Below, piece by piece: positions 37,260-51,644 of a stretch of DNA of 64,000 nucleotides. Below the pieces are notes generated by a model. That model made no database searches. It saw only the letters and a list, made by a program, of their open reading frames with translations, and was not told the DNA's origin. This DNA comes from Octopus vulgaris (taxonomy: Eukaryota). The position numbers were made by a program, and so were the translations under genes. The first letter of the stretch is position 1. The number at the start of each line of letters is the position of its first letter. The stretch is taken from NCBI GenBank assembly GCA_951406725.2, contig OX597818.1, positions 84,444,001 to 84,508,000 of the forward strand, read 5' to 3'.

Positions 37260-37683
37260 GTACAGACAAATATATATACACACATTGACCACACACACAC
37301 ACACATGCATACATAAACACACACACATTCAAGCGAACATAGGCATATTAATATAGATACATCGATACGTATGTAACTATACATAAATTTACAAGCACAC
37401 ACACACATATATATGTATTTATGTATATATAACTTTATATATATATATAGCATACCTACATATATGCATACATAGATACATACACACAAGCGTATATACA
37501 ATGCTTACATGCATACATACATACATATATACATACATACACGAACATGCATACCTACATATGTATACATACATACACGCATACATACATGCATACATAC
37601 ATACATACATATATACAATCATGCATACCTACATATATACACATACATACATACATACATACATACATACATACATACATACA

Positions 37684-37717
<34 letters not shown>

Positions 37718-37993
37718 CATACATACATACATACACACATACTTACTTACTTACCTACATGCATACGAGCACATTCTCTTAAAACTCCAGTATGGCGAGG
37801 GAGGTATCTTTCTTTGCAGGGGAAGAAATAAATTTTATGAACACTTGAAGGATCAGAACTGTGAAATGACAACATTATACGGGCATTGGAAGGGGGCATA
37901 ATCGGTGAAGGGTTCGGTAGGAGAGAGCAGTTAATGGGAACTGAAGGAGATTTAGGCTTGGCACTCGTGGTGTATCTGTTTTTGAGTAATTAC

Positions 37994-38024
<31 letters not shown>

Positions 38025-38050
38025 TGTATGTATGTATGTATGTATGTATG

Positions 38051-38084
<34 letters not shown>

Positions 38085-39043
38085 TATAATTATATATACC
38101 CATATATACGCATATGTATACACATGTATATACATATATGAATATATACATACATATATATATATATGATCATACGTATGTATGAATATATACAAATACG
38201 CATATATATATATATATAGATATGTGTGTGTACGTATATACATACATATATATAGATGTGTGTGTGTGTCTACAAACATACATGCATATACATACACATA
38301 CACACGCACACACACACTCATATATATATGTACAATCAAGTTGTTTTATATCATTATATAGTTATGTACGTAGGTTGTGTTTCGTGACCAGGTATGTTTA
38401 TAACTGTGTAAGTGTGTAAATATGTGTGTATATATTTATAGTTTTCTTAAAACGGTAGTGATTCATAGTATGTATACACACATTATTGTGTTTGTTTATA
38501 ATCGCGTGTATACATATGTAAGTGTGTAGGTGAGTTTATCAAGTAGTACGTTATGAGGGTGTATGGCATAAACAGGAAAGAAATTTGAAGTGCATAAAGA
38601 TGTCTAAAAAATGTGTAAAAGAGGTAGGGGTTTACTCGTATATATATAATTGATTATGCTATATATTCGGGCATATGTTTATGACTGTACATGTATATAG
38701 ATATACATGTATGTATACATGTATGTATGTATGTATGTATGTATGTATGTATGTATGTATGTATGTATGTATGTATGTATCTATGTATCTATGTATCTAT
38801 GTATCTATGTGTGAGTCTATATAGGTGGTTGACTGTATGTATGTGTAGGCATGAAGTTGGGTACGTACACAGGTGTGTCTGAGATTTGTGGATGTATATG
38901 TGCGCTAAATGTAAATATGTGCATATGCACGTGTGTGTGTGTATGTAAGTGTGGATGGCTTTGTGTGAATACACGTATGCGTGTGTGTTTCTCTTTATAC
39001 AGGCATGTATATAGAAACAAAACATATATGCAAGTATAAATGT

Positions 39044-39089
<46 letters not shown>

Positions 39090-39129
39090 GTAATCAAAAT
39101 ATATATCTGTATATAAATGTATACAGACA

Positions 39130-39214
<85 letters not shown>

Positions 39215-39428
39215 AAATATGTGTATTATACGTTTATGTACAGACATTTGTCTATACATGTCTATAAACATTTATATATACAGATATACATTTGCTCATA
39301 TGTATGTATATACATGTATGTGTATATATGTGTGTATACATAAATAAATATATATATGTACATATATATATAAATAAATATATATACATACATACATACA
39401 TATGTATGTATGTGTATATGTGTGTGTT

Positions 39429-39460
<32 letters not shown>

Positions 39461-39865
39461 TGTGTATGTAGGTATATGTAAGTGGGCGAATAAAATGGTA
39501 ACGTTTGTCAGATGAAAGGAGGGCTCTGTTGGACAGAACCAGTGTGTGGAAGGTAGGAATATCATGGATATCGGATTGAGAAGAAGAAGAAAGAAGAAGA
39601 AGAAGAAGAAGAAGAAGATAAACTGGAGGAAAGTGGAAGGGGTGAGATGTAGGAAAAATAAAAGAGGAAGAAGAAGAAGGAGTAAACCAGTAAAGAATGT
39701 TATGAGAATTTCAAACTTTATTATTTTAGCAGCTCCTCCCCTCTCCAAAGGAATATACACATAAATACACATTTGTGCACACAAATACATACATACATAC
39801 ATAAACACAAACATATATATATGTATACATATCTACAGAAACACACACGACTTAATACCCACGTC

Positions 39866-39948
<83 letters not shown>

Positions 39949-40860
39949 TGATATATTCATGTACTATTTACACATACATAGGCATATATAATATATATAT
40001 ATGTATATACATAAATTAACTAAGTTAATATGCATGTATGTGCGTGTTATGTATATGTAATTGCATTCGTGTCCACTTTTTTCAGTACACACGTACTTAC
40101 ACATACACACATATATAAGTATATTCACATAAAACCTACATACATATAAATACTTACATGCACACATACATACATACATACATACATGCATACATGCATA
40201 CATGCATACATACATACATACATACATACATACATGCATACATACATACATACATACACACATACATACATACATACAAGCATGCATACATACATACATA
40301 CATACATACATACATACATACATACATACATACATACACACATACATATATACACATATTTAAATAGCAGATAAATTTCTGCATTAAAAAATAAAGTTTG
40401 AAGGAATTTGTTTTGATTTCAGATAAGTGTTGTAGAGACTGTAGTTGTTGTTGTAATTTTTGTAATTGTTGTTTCTAGCAATGACGGTGGTAGTGGTGGT
40501 GGGGTGGCTGCTGTTGGTGATGGTGATGGCGGCGGTGTCTTCGTGATGTTGATGTTGATGATGGGGCTGGTGACGGTATTGATAATGGGATGTTTACAGA
40601 AGTGTGTTTATACATGTACACGCACTTACACACAAACACATATACACACGAACACACAATTACACATCAAAACAAAATATCTGTGTTTTTAAGTATACAT
40701 ATATACGTGTGTGTGTATGTGTGTGTGTATACACACACACAACACACATATGCACACACACAGATATATATATATATATATAATTTTATATACGAAAGTA
40801 CGCATGTATGCATTCACGCATGTATATATGTATGTATCTGTGTATATATGTGTGTATCAA
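37260..40860. repeat. Extended (TACA)n/(TA)n/(TG)n low-complexity region with short unique islands
   Basis: Direct inspection. Confidence 0.85.
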
Positions 40861-42169
40861 AATAAAGCATTGAAATTTAAGAAAAATAGTCGGAATCCAC
40901 ACACCCATGAAATTGAACTTTTAAAATAAAGTTCAAAAACTGGGACTTAATCTCTGTGACTTGTACCGAAACGTACACTTTTTAATGCTTAAAATATACA
41001 CATCTAGCTGTGAAATGAAACGTTTTTGATATGTATAATGGATAGTGTTAAGAATGAGTTTATCAAAATATTCAAATAGTTAGATTGAATGGTTTGAGCT
41101 GACAGAGCCGTTAGATTTAAGTACTTGTAAATGCAGCTATTTTAGTAAATCTAACGAGAAATCGTAGCTTATTAATTGACATTCTGACTATGCCTAACAC
41201 AACTAAGAATATTTAGTAACATCTGTTAAACTGTAATCGTCATATCTTCAGACGAGAAATTTTTTAATCGTGCTTTAAAAATACGGGATTCAGAACTAAA
41301 TGTATGACATTTAGATAAACGTTAATATTCATGGTGCAATATTCTCTAGAGTTTAAATGTTCTAATATTGCTAGGATTCTTCCAAACTTTATACGTAAGA
41401 ATTTTTCTATAAGCTATAAATCTCCAATAATAATAAGATAACTCAGTTACACCAAAAATATGGAAGTTTCAGGATCGGTATAAAGAGACAGAAAATATCA
41501 CCCTATCCTATACAACCACGCAAAATTTTTCCTTGTTTACTTTTTCATCCCTTTTCTTTATTTTTTTAAACAACCGTAATGTCCTCCCTCTAATGGTCTA
41601 CAACAAATAGATCTTTGCCATAGATGAAGGCCACACAATAAGCTATGTTGGGCTAAAAGAATCCATTTCATACAAACGTTTGCATTAAATAACTTAGAAA
41701 GATGCTTCACACTCAAAATAGCTTTGGAGCCTGAAAGATACAAATATTAACAATTACAAGATCCATACTGTGAGACACGTATTCAGTGATGGAATGTACA
41801 TCTCTACTATATGAATAGTTCCAAAATCGTGACTCTTGTCTTTCAGACAAATCTAACATTCCATTCCAGCCATCAGCAATTCTAAAGGAATTATCTGAGT
41901 TAGTGAATTCTTACATTGAATTCCAGTGATTTTTGAACAACCAAAATTTTGACAAATTATATTTCCTCGACAATGGTTTTACCGTACTTTGAGTGGTGTC
42001 CCGTATATCAGAAAACTTAATATATCGATTTAGATTCACTTCATTAAAAGATTTCATTCAAGTGTTGAAAATATGACAATGAAGTGTCATCACCCAAGTT
42101 TTTAATATATGTATGTGCGTCTTTATCTATCAGTCTATCTGTCTATCCACACACGCACATACATATGTA

Positions 42170-42535
42170 CAAGTATGGCTGTGAGGTAAGAAGATTGCTT
42201 TTCAACCAACCACATGGCTTCGGGTTCAATCCCACTGCGTGGCATCTTGAGTAAGTGTTGTAGCTTTGTGACTGCATTTGCTACAAGGAAACAGAAAGAA
42301 ATACTTATATATGCATACTTATGGGTGTCTGTGTTTGGCGCCATCACCACTTGATAACCGGTGTTTGTGCGCTTACATCCTTGAAACGTAGCGGTTTGGC
42401 AAAAGACCCCGATAGAATAAGTACTAGGCTTTAAAAAATAAGTCCTGTGGTTGATTTGTTCAACTAAAATACTTCAAGGTGGTATCCCAGCATGGCTGCT
42501 GTCAAATGACTGAAAAAAGTGAAAAAAATAAAAGA
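42170..42535 (+). mobile_element. SINE family A, diverged
   Basis: ggctgtgaggtaag..gggttcaatcccactgcgtggcatc..gatagaataagtactaggc..caaatgactgaaa. Confidence 0.85.
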
Positions 42536-42633
42536 TATATATGCTTATATATATATATGGGGGGTGTATATAAATGTATATATATATATATATATCGGTG
42601 TTCATGTATGGCCGCAATCAGATGACTGAAACA

Positions 42634-42695
<62 letters not shown>

Positions 42696-43123
42696 ACACA
42701 CACACACACACATATATATTTGATTTGGCACTTAACTTCACTTGTTTATATAGATACTGCTCTCATCTCTTTTTGAGATTTTACAACTAGCTACTTTACT
42801 TGTTGCAAATCAGTGACCGATGGTAGGTTTGTTTACAATAAATTGCTAGCTGGAACGGACTCTGACCATCTCTCTGGCGCTGAGCTGTTCGTGACTGAAG
42901 ATGAACAAATTAGCTCGAAACTGTGTCAGTTTCGCGATCCTGTCACCTGATGGAGAACGGTAGGAGTTCGGTCCCCTGCTAGCAACATATATGTACAGAG
43001 TGCAGGGTTGCAGCGATAACCAGCTGACGGAAAGATCTACCTGAGGTTAAACTAGTAATAACATGGAACAGCCACTTTGATGTGGTGATTAACTTTACTT
43101 GTAAGTATAGTTGCTATTTTTAC

Positions 43124-43154
<31 letters not shown>

Positions 43155-44080
43155 CCCAGGATGCGACAGGTAAATTGTCGCCATTTGATATTCTTAATTT
43201 TGCGCATTGTTTGTCTTTGATTTTGTCGACTGCATAGTATGGTAGGGTCAATTTGGCACCGTCTGTGAACAAAGTAGTACCATGACGCAATTCACTCCTT
43301 CGGTATTCCTCATACAAGATAAGAAAGAGCTATTTTTTTAATCCCAAGCCATCAAGGAAAGACCCCGTTACGAAGCTTTTGAACAAGCTCAAGCATCCCC
43401 TCCAATCGAACATAATTTGGTTTTTCTCAAACGAGAAAAATGTCTATCAAGACCACAGAACAACCTTTGGCTTGTTGTGTCCCCAAAACATGTACCGAGA
43501 GTGATAAAAATCAAACATCCAGTCAACATCATCGTGTTTAGTGTGACCACTTATGAAGGCGATGCTATGTTGCCATTCATCTTCCCACACAGCCTCAGAC
43601 TCAACATGGAAGCTTATATCAAGTACCTGCAGGAGATAGTGCTGTCCTTGGTCAAGAGGGTCGCTGCCGAAAGACCCTATGTCTGACAACAAGACTGCAC
43701 AATGCTTCACAAGAAGAAGAACCCAATCATGGCTATAAGACAATTTCTGTGATCACATCACCCCTACCACCTGGCCACCTAGCTCCCCAGATTTAAACTC
43801 GTTTGATTATTATGTGTGGGTCGCTGTTCATGAACTGCAGGCAAGGGTTATGGCAACATTCACCAACTTAAACAAAGAGACTGTCCAGAAGAGTTGCAAG
43901 AGATTCTGAAGTCGTCTGGAGGCCGTGGTTGAAGTCAATGTCGATTCTATTGAATAAATTTACTTTTTAGTATTTTAAGATACTTTTATGTAATTTTGGT
44001 AAATATATCTGTTAAAGTGAGATGCCAGTGTCATTTTCAATTTTGCGTAATTTAGACGACAGTTTATTCACCGTTCTCTG
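43155..44080 (+). mobile_element. Decayed Tc1/mariner element of DD37D (maT) type
   Basis: Fragments WFFSNEK, VPRVIKIKHPVNIIVFSV, LPFIFPHSLRLNMEAYIKYL, RPYV*QQD, WPPSSPDLNSFDYYVW. Weak TIR similarity (taaattgtcg / cgacagttta). Confidence 0.8.
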
Positions 44081-44097
44081 CATTTTATTTGTACATA

Positions 44098-44254
<157 letters not shown>

Positions 44255-44255
44255 C

Positions 44256-44447
44256 ATTCGCCATGATAGATCGCTAGCCACTAAACCCTTTTCTATTTTC
44301 TCTCCATGTTTATTTCTGTGTTCCTTTCTGTTGAAGAGCGTAGGCTCGAAACGTAAACGTCTCTCACTTCACGAGTGTTAAACTAATACATCTGTTTGTT
44401 GTTTACACACTCGTCTTCGTCTTTTTTTTTTTGTAAATTCTTACTAT
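44256..44447 (+). mobile_element. Short PLE-derived repeat with A6U hammerhead-like motif (44324-44359)
   Basis: CTTT-CTGTTGA-A-GAGC/gtag/GCTC-GAAA-CGT-A-AACG. Same family as 9395-9605. Confidence 0.7.
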
Positions 44448-44471
44448 ACACACACACACACACACACACAC

Positions 44472-44532
<61 letters not shown>

Positions 44533-45301
44533 CTAGCAGTATCGCCCGGCGTTGCTCAGGTTTGTAAGGGAAATAACTATAAAGCATCTTTAGAGAGTTA
44601 TAGCCAAAAAATAGCAAAAAAATGGAAAAAAAATGATGGTAAATTTTTTTGAGAGTTAAAACAGGTGGAGTTGCGTCCCCTAGACGGTCTGTGGTTTGGG
44701 TTTCTCATTCTCGACCCCATGTCGAATTTATCGATTTTTTTCAGAACTGGGGGAACTTTTCAAAATTTTCGCTGCGTTAGTTTTGAATTATGACATTGGG
44801 CTATGTGTGTGTCAAGTTTCATCAGAATCGGTTGAAAGCCGTGGTCAGAGTGAGGGTACGAGAAAACAGACACACAGAAACACGCACAGACAAACTGCCG
44901 TTTATATAGAGAGAGATAGCAGTATCGCCCGGCGTTGCTCAGGTTTGTAAGGGAAATAACTATAAAGCATTTTTAGAGAGTTATAGCCAAAAAATAGCAA
45001 AAAAATGGAAAAAAAATGATGGTAAATTTTTTTTGAGAGTTAAAACAGGTGGAGTTGCGTCCCCTAGACGGTCTGTGGTTTGGGTTTCTCATTCTCGACC
45101 CCATGTCGAATTTATCGATTTTTTTTCAGAACTGGGGGAACTTTTCAAAATTTTCGCTGCGTTAGTTTTGAATTATGACATTGGGCTATGTGTGTGTCAA
45201 GTTTCATCAGAATCGGTTGAAAGCCGTGGTCAGAGTGAGGGTACGAGAAAACAGACACACAGAAACACGCACAGACAAACTGCCGTTTATATAGAGAGAG
45301 A
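44533..45301 (-). mobile_element. Head-to-tail dimer of a non-autonomous Helitron (383 and 385 bp units)
   Basis: Minus strand starts A|TC and ends with hairpin cctgagcaacgccggg then CTAG|T. No TSD. Units 44534-44916 and 44917-45301 differ at about 3 positions. Confidence 0.8.
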
Positions 45302-45302
45302 T

Positions 45303-45347
<45 letters not shown>

Positions 45348-45526
45348 TATAATAATAGAATTAACGCCCTAGAACTTTCATTTCAACTCTCTATAAGAGT
45401 TGCATTGATTTCTTTCTGGTTGTATGTTGTCTGTTTTTGTCCACAATATTAATGGCTGCTCAAATTAGTAGAAGTGTGGTGGATGTAATTAAAATTAACA
45501 TTTACTTATTATTGATGTTTTATTTT

Positions 45527-45545
45527 ATCGCCCTCTGGTGGCAAA
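45527..45545 (-). promoter_or_regulatory. CTCF-like motif
   Basis: Minus strand tgCCACCAGAGGGCGat matches the CCASYAGRKGGCR consensus. Lies in unique AT-rich sequence. Confidence 0.5.
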
Positions 45546-45574
45546 GCAAATTAAGCCTTGCTCTGAACTGACAA

Positions 45575-46555
45575 TAATGCATACCACGTGGTTACAAGTT
45601 CAGTCGCACTGCGTGGTACCTTTGGCAAGTGTCTTCCACTGTATTCTTGGGCCGGCCAAAAGTTTATGAGCGGATTTCGTAGACGGATACTGAGAGAAGC
45701 CCGTCATATATATGTATTATATATTTCTATGTGTGTGTGCGTCTTTGTGTCCATGTTTGTCCCTCCCACCACCGCTTGACAACCGATGCTGGTGTATTTA
45801 CGGCGCTGAAACTTAGCGGTTCGACCAAAATGACAGTCAGAATAAGTACCAGACTAACAACAAAAGTGGTCGCAGGTTATCCGGATAAATACAGTTACAC
45901 CTAAAGACTCAATCCATAGTATAGACCAAAGTAGATAGATAAAAGGTTTGATATTCATTATGACAACTCTGAATCCACGCTTTATTACGAATAATAAAAT
46001 ATACTACTCGCGGGTCATTTGCCTGACATTTCTATTGCATATGTTGTTGTTCTTTCTCAAGCCATGTCTGGCTCATAGGGCCGGTTTTCCAGTTTCCTTC
46101 GCGTATAGGTTCCCCACCTGGACGGGACGCCGGTCCGTCGCAGGTGAGCTGCAAGGTTCAGGAGGAAAGCGTGAGAGAAAGTTGTGGCGAAAGAGTCAGC
46201 AGAAGTTCTGCATTACCTTCTGCCGGAGCCGTGTGGAGCTTAGGTGTTTCGCTCATAAACACACATATCGCCCGGTCTGAGATTCGAATCCGCGATCCCT
46301 CGACTCCGAGTCCGCTGCTCTAACCACTAGGCCATGTGCGTCCACACATTGCATATGTACCAAGTGTGTATAATTATAATTAATAATTACTCTAAAACAG
46401 AAGGAGGCACATGATTTTATGTAATTGATGTCCTCATCTCCTTAAAGATTCTGACCTGGTACCAAAACTAGAGAAAGATTGGTTACCACAAAATTCTATG
46501 TAAAGGCGGTGCTCCAGCATGGCCACAGTCACATGACTGAAACAAGCACAAAAAT
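45575..46555 (+). mobile_element. SINE family A split by an unknown insert and a nested family C SINE
   Basis: Body at 45575-45860; tail ggcggtgctccagcatggcc resumes at 46500. Confidence 0.75.
46045..46347 (-). mobile_element. SINE family C, full length, 11-bp TSD
   Basis: Head ggacgcacatggcctagtggttagagc..ggattcgaatct (A/B boxes), tail (AAC)n. TSD attgcatatgt at 46034-46044 and 46348-46358. Confidence 0.9.
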
Positions 46556-46742
46556 TAGAGAATAAAACTATCCCTGTGGGCACATAATTTCTTTCCTACG
46601 TACCTAAATGCCTTTTGTTCTCTGGTTGTGAAACTTGTGTGCAGTAAGATTTTGTATACACGGCCAGTCTTTGGTTTTGAATGCTGACTAGGAGAGGTGT
46701 AGAGGCATCTGCTATAATTCCATTCGCATGTAAGATGCAATG

Positions 46743-46891
46743 TAGGCGCAGGCGTTGCTGTGTAATAAGAATTTTGCTTCCCAATCACATGTTTCCGAGT
46801 TCAATCACACTGCGTGACACCTTGGGCAAGTGTCTTCTAATATAGCATCGGGCCAAACAGTTTTGTGACGGAAACTAAAGGAATCTCATTG

Positions 46892-46923
<32 letters not shown>

Positions 46924-47338
46924 GTACTTGTTTCAGTCATTTTGACTGCGGCCATGCTGGAGCACCGCCTTTTAGAGTGGTGAAAGAGTACAGCAGGGAT
47001 CACCACCATCCCTGCCGGAGCCTCGTGGAGCTTTTAGGTGTTTTCGCTCAATATAACATACACAACGCCCGGTCTGGGAATCGAAACCGCGATCCTCCGA
47101 CCGCAAGTCCGCTGCCCTAACCACTGGGCCATTGCGCCCAGAATATGTATATTCCTTTATTCGTTTATTTGTTTCAGTCATTTGACTGCGGCAATGCTGG
47201 AGCACCACCTTTAGTCGAACAAATCGACCCTAGGACTTAGTCGTTGTAAGCCTAGTACTTATTCTATCGGTGTCTTTCGCCGAACCGCTAAGTTTCGGTT
47301 GTCAAGCAATGGTGGGGGACAAACACAGACACACACAC

Positions 47339-47401
<63 letters not shown>

Positions 47402-47742
47402 GATGGGGTTCTTTCAGTTTCTGTCTACCAAATCCACTCACAAGGTTTTGGTCAGCCCGAGGGTATGGTAGAAGGCACTTACCCAAGGTGCCATATGGTT
47501 GGAAAGCAAGCTCCTTACCCCGTGTTTCTTTGCGTCTGTGTTTGTACCCCACCAAACGTTATTGGTGTGCTTGCGTGGTCGTAGCATAGCGGTTCGGCAA
47601 AAGAGACCGACGCAATAAGCACTTGGCTTAAAACGAAAATAAGTAGTGAGGCCGAATAGTTTGGCTAAAATTTTCCAAGGCAGTGCCACAGCAGAGCCAC
47701 GGCCTAGTGACTGAAAGAAGTAAGACGATAAAAGATAAGAAT
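46743..47742. mobile_element. Cluster of SINE pieces: A 5' (+) 46743-46895, A tail (-) 46920-46972, C head (-) 46975-47138, A (-) 47150-47518, A 3' (+) 47522-47742
   Basis: Each piece aligns by eye to the reference copies at 16874 and 46045. Confidence 0.8.
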
Positions 47743-49898
47743 ATAAATCGGCTCGACTAGTTGACTGGTACATTTTTGGCACAAGACGGATGAACAACTA
47801 GACTAACTTCAAAATTTCTCTTATATATTTATTTCATAAAGTTCGTTAGATTAAAATTCTTAGCTCTGTTGGAAGAATTTCGTCACAGAACTCTCCGAAA
47901 TGCCGCCTTTATGGTACGTCCATTTTAAAACGGTGTTCTAGTATATTTGTTTCTCTGCTCAGTTGTTTTTCATTTTAAGTTATTTAAATATATACCGTTA
48001 CTAATCCTCAAAGAAAATGAACTAGATGCGCTTGTGTGGGTAAATGAGCTATGGGAGTAACTTGTAGTCATGGATGTCCCACGAGATTGACCCTATTTTA
48101 TAACAAAACAGTGAAATACTGGTAAAAATGCAAATAAAAGCTCAAAGGGCTTTGGAAGAAAATTAACTAAGGGTGCCACAGTTTAAAATATATTGCCTGG
48201 GAGTGACATGGCACATTAGGGGTCGTACGGGTAACATATAGAACTAACGAATAATAGAGGAGAACAACGATAAATGAAATTAAACCCTTAAACGTTCTGA
48301 GAGAAAATTAACTACAGGGTGTGAGCTTATTAAGATAAATGACTTTGCAGGGTGACGATATTAAAAAACGAAAAAAATATTAGCATTCATTCTGGAAAGT
48401 TCTGGATTAAAGTGGAAGGGTTAATTGCTGGATTAAAGAGGAGAGAGGTAGAGATAGAATGAAACAGGAGAAAGAATGAGTGAGAACGGTTTAGGAAGGG
48501 GTAAAATTATAAATTTGTGGGCTGTTATTTGGAAAACAGGACGAAGGGGTGAAAAGAAAAACTGAGGAAGAAAAGAGAGATGAGGGAAGAAGAGAGAGAC
48601 AGATGGAGGGAGAGAAAGAAGAGAACGGAAGATACAGAAAGGAGACATGTTTAAGGAAATAACTGAGGGGAAAAGGATGAGAAATAAGGGAGAGGGTGAG
48701 GTTGGGAGTAATAATTGATTGCAGGGTGAATGGAAGGATAAAGTCGAGGAGAGAGGCAGTGAGATGTGGGACGGTAGAGGAATTGGAGAGACCTAGGAAT
48801 GCCAAAAGAGGATTGGAGATAGCACAGGAACAATATGAAAAATGAAGTGAGGAAAGAAGAGGCAGGGAAGAGAAAGAGACGAAAGACAAGAAGAAGAAGA
48901 AGAAGAAGAAGAAGAAGAAGAAGAAGAAGAAGAAGAAGAAGAAGAAGAAGCAGGAGAAATCTGTTAGATGTTTTTTGTCGAAAGAAAAAGAATGGTAAGA
49001 ATAAAGAAGAGAAAAAAGAGAGAGGACAGAGCAAAGACGGAGAGAGAGAAATAAAAATAGAGTGTATGGGAAAGAGAAAGAGAGAATTGAAAGTGGGAGG
49101 AAGAGAAAAATAGAAAGAGGGAGAGAGAGAGAAATTGAAAACGGGGGAGAGAGAGAGAGAGAATACTTAAATAAATGGGGTGGATGATGAAATAAAGGAT
49201 TTATTGATTTTGTGTAAGCGTTTGTATGACTGCATATGCATGTCTGTCTGCGTATATGTCTGCGTGTATGTATGTGTGTATATGCATGTTACGGGTGTAT
49301 GTCTGTATGAGTATTATGTATGTGTGTGTGTGTAACTATGTATAAGTGTGTGTTTGTCAGTATTTGCGTAAGTTTGTATATTTGAACGTTTGTGTCTGTG
49401 CGTGTTTATATATGTGGGTGTGTTTATGTATGCGCATGAATGTGAGTATATGCATGTATGTCCGCGCGTGCGAGTGTATAAATGTGTAAAGTATGTCATG
49501 AAACCTCTGTATGTGGATCTATGTCTGTATAATTGTGTGTGTGTTTTGCAGTATGTTTGTATTTGTGAGTTTGTATGCTTGTGTTTTTATGCGCTAGTGT
49601 GTGTGCATGTGTGTGTGTGTGTGTGTGTGAGTACATATGTATATGTGCGTGAGAGCGATTGTGTGTCTACTTGCGTGTGTATTTGAATGTGAGTGTATGA
49701 ATATATATGCATGTATGCGTCGATGTGTGAACTTATGTACATTTGTATGTGTGCGTGTGTGTGTGTGTGTGTGTGAATGTGTGTGGATGTATGAATACGT
49801 ATATATCAATGTGTGGTTAGTATGTGGAATTGAATGTATGCGCATGTGAATTTGTTTTCGAGGTTCTGTGTGAGTGAATGCATGTCTGTGTATATGTG

Positions 49899-49931
<33 letters not shown>

Positions 49932-50159
49932 GTGAGAGTGCTTCAAAGTGAAAATAAAGTTAAAGAGAAAAGCGAGCACGAATGAGGGAGGTGGTGGGAG
50001 GCAAGGAGAGACAGAGAAGTGAAGATATTATATTATCCGACTAAGGCGTTGGGGAAGGGGAATGTTGGGTTTATTGGAGGTGGTGGGAGGAAGGGAGACG
50101 ATCAAATAGTTTCGATTTTAAAGAGTGTTAAAGAGACAAGTTTGGTTATTTCTAACAAT

Positions 50160-50830
50160 TTATTCATTCAGCCATCATTCATGTATTCCTCTCTCTTTCA
50201 CTTGGATCTTTTCTCATTCAGTGACCGATTTTTTTTTTATTTCATTCAGTCATCATTCAATATAGTCCTAGCTCATTCGCATAGATTTTCTTTTTGTTCC
50301 AGCATTCATTCATGTTTTCATTCATGTATTATACTCTGTTTTATTTGACTCTGTTGTCTTTAGTCACGCACCGATTCCTTAATTCATTCAGTCATCATTC
50401 ATTTAGTTGTAACTCATTCACTTGAATTTCTTTCATTTGTTCCGTCATTCATTCATTCATGTATTAATCTCTCCGTTATTCTCTCTTTAGTCTTTAGTCA
50501 CCTAGTTACCGATTCTTTATTTCATTCAGTCATTAATCATTTAGTCGTAAATCATTCGCATAGGTTTTCTTTTATTTGTTCAGCCATTCATTCATGTTTC
50601 ATTCTCTCTTCTATATGGCTCTTTAGTCTTTAGTCACCCATTTACTGATTTTTTATTTCATTCGGTCATCATTCATTTAATCGTAACTCATTCGCATACA
50701 TTTTCCTTCTTCTGTTCAATCATTCAATCATTCATCAATTTTTTATTCTCTCTTTTATTCGACACGGTTCTTTAGTCACCAGGTTACCTATTCTTTATTT
50801 CACTCAGTCATCATTCATTTCACTCATTCG
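50160..50830. repeat. Diverged tandem satellite, about 140-bp unit, five copies
   Basis: Core acc/tgatt..tatttcattcagtcatcattcattta..actcattcgc recurs at about 50224, 50370, 50508, 50644 and 50786. Confidence 0.8.
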
Positions 50831-50833
50831 TGA

Positions 50834-51114
50834 AGGCGCGTGGTTTAATAGTCATACTCTTCGGCTCACGATCGTAGCGTCGTGAGTTCGATCCCTGACA
50901 AAGCGTTATGTACTTGAGCAAGTCACTTTATTTCATGTTCCTCCAGTCCACTCAACTGGCGAAAATGCCAGTCTTATTTCTTTATTGCTACAAGGGGCTA
51001 AACATAGAGGGGACAAACAAGGACAGACAAAGGGATTAAGTCGATTAGATCGACCCCAGTGTGTAACTGGTACTTAATTTATCGATCCCGAAAGGATGCA
51101 AGGCAAAGTCGACC
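50834..51114. mobile_element. SINE C head (+, 50834-50965) and SINE B 3' part (-, 50973-51114)
   Basis: ggcgcgtggtttaatag..gagttcgatcc; ttatttctttattgc..aaggggctaaac..ccgaaaggatg.aaggcaaagtcgacc. Confidence 0.8.
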
Positions 51115-51566
51115 TACTGTGACATACTGTATATCCTGAATATCTTTCGTTCAGTCATTCATAATTGCCTAATTCGCTCTTTAATCATCCACATACCTAT
51201 TGTTCATTTCATTCAGTCATCATTCATTTAATTCATTCACGCACATTTTCTTTCTTTCATTCGATAATTTATCCATCCGTCCATAAATCATTTCTCTTGA
51301 TTCTCTTTCTTAGTTATCATTCGGTTATTCAATCACCCACTCATTCATTCTACTTTTCTTTTATTCAATCATTGTGTATGTATGTATGTATGTATGTATG
51401 TATGTATGTATTTATGTATGCATGCATGTATGTGTGTATGTATATATATGTATGTATATATGTATGTATGCGTGTGTATGTATGTATGCATATTTGTGTA
51501 TGTATGTATGTATGCATGTATGTATGCATGTGTATGTATATATGCATGTGTGTTTATGTATTTATG

Positions 51567-51644
<78 letters not shown>

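Noticed and set aside
39512-39556. Possible 41-nt exon bounded by cag and gtagga
   Set aside because: Weak pyrimidine tract and no recognisable peptide.
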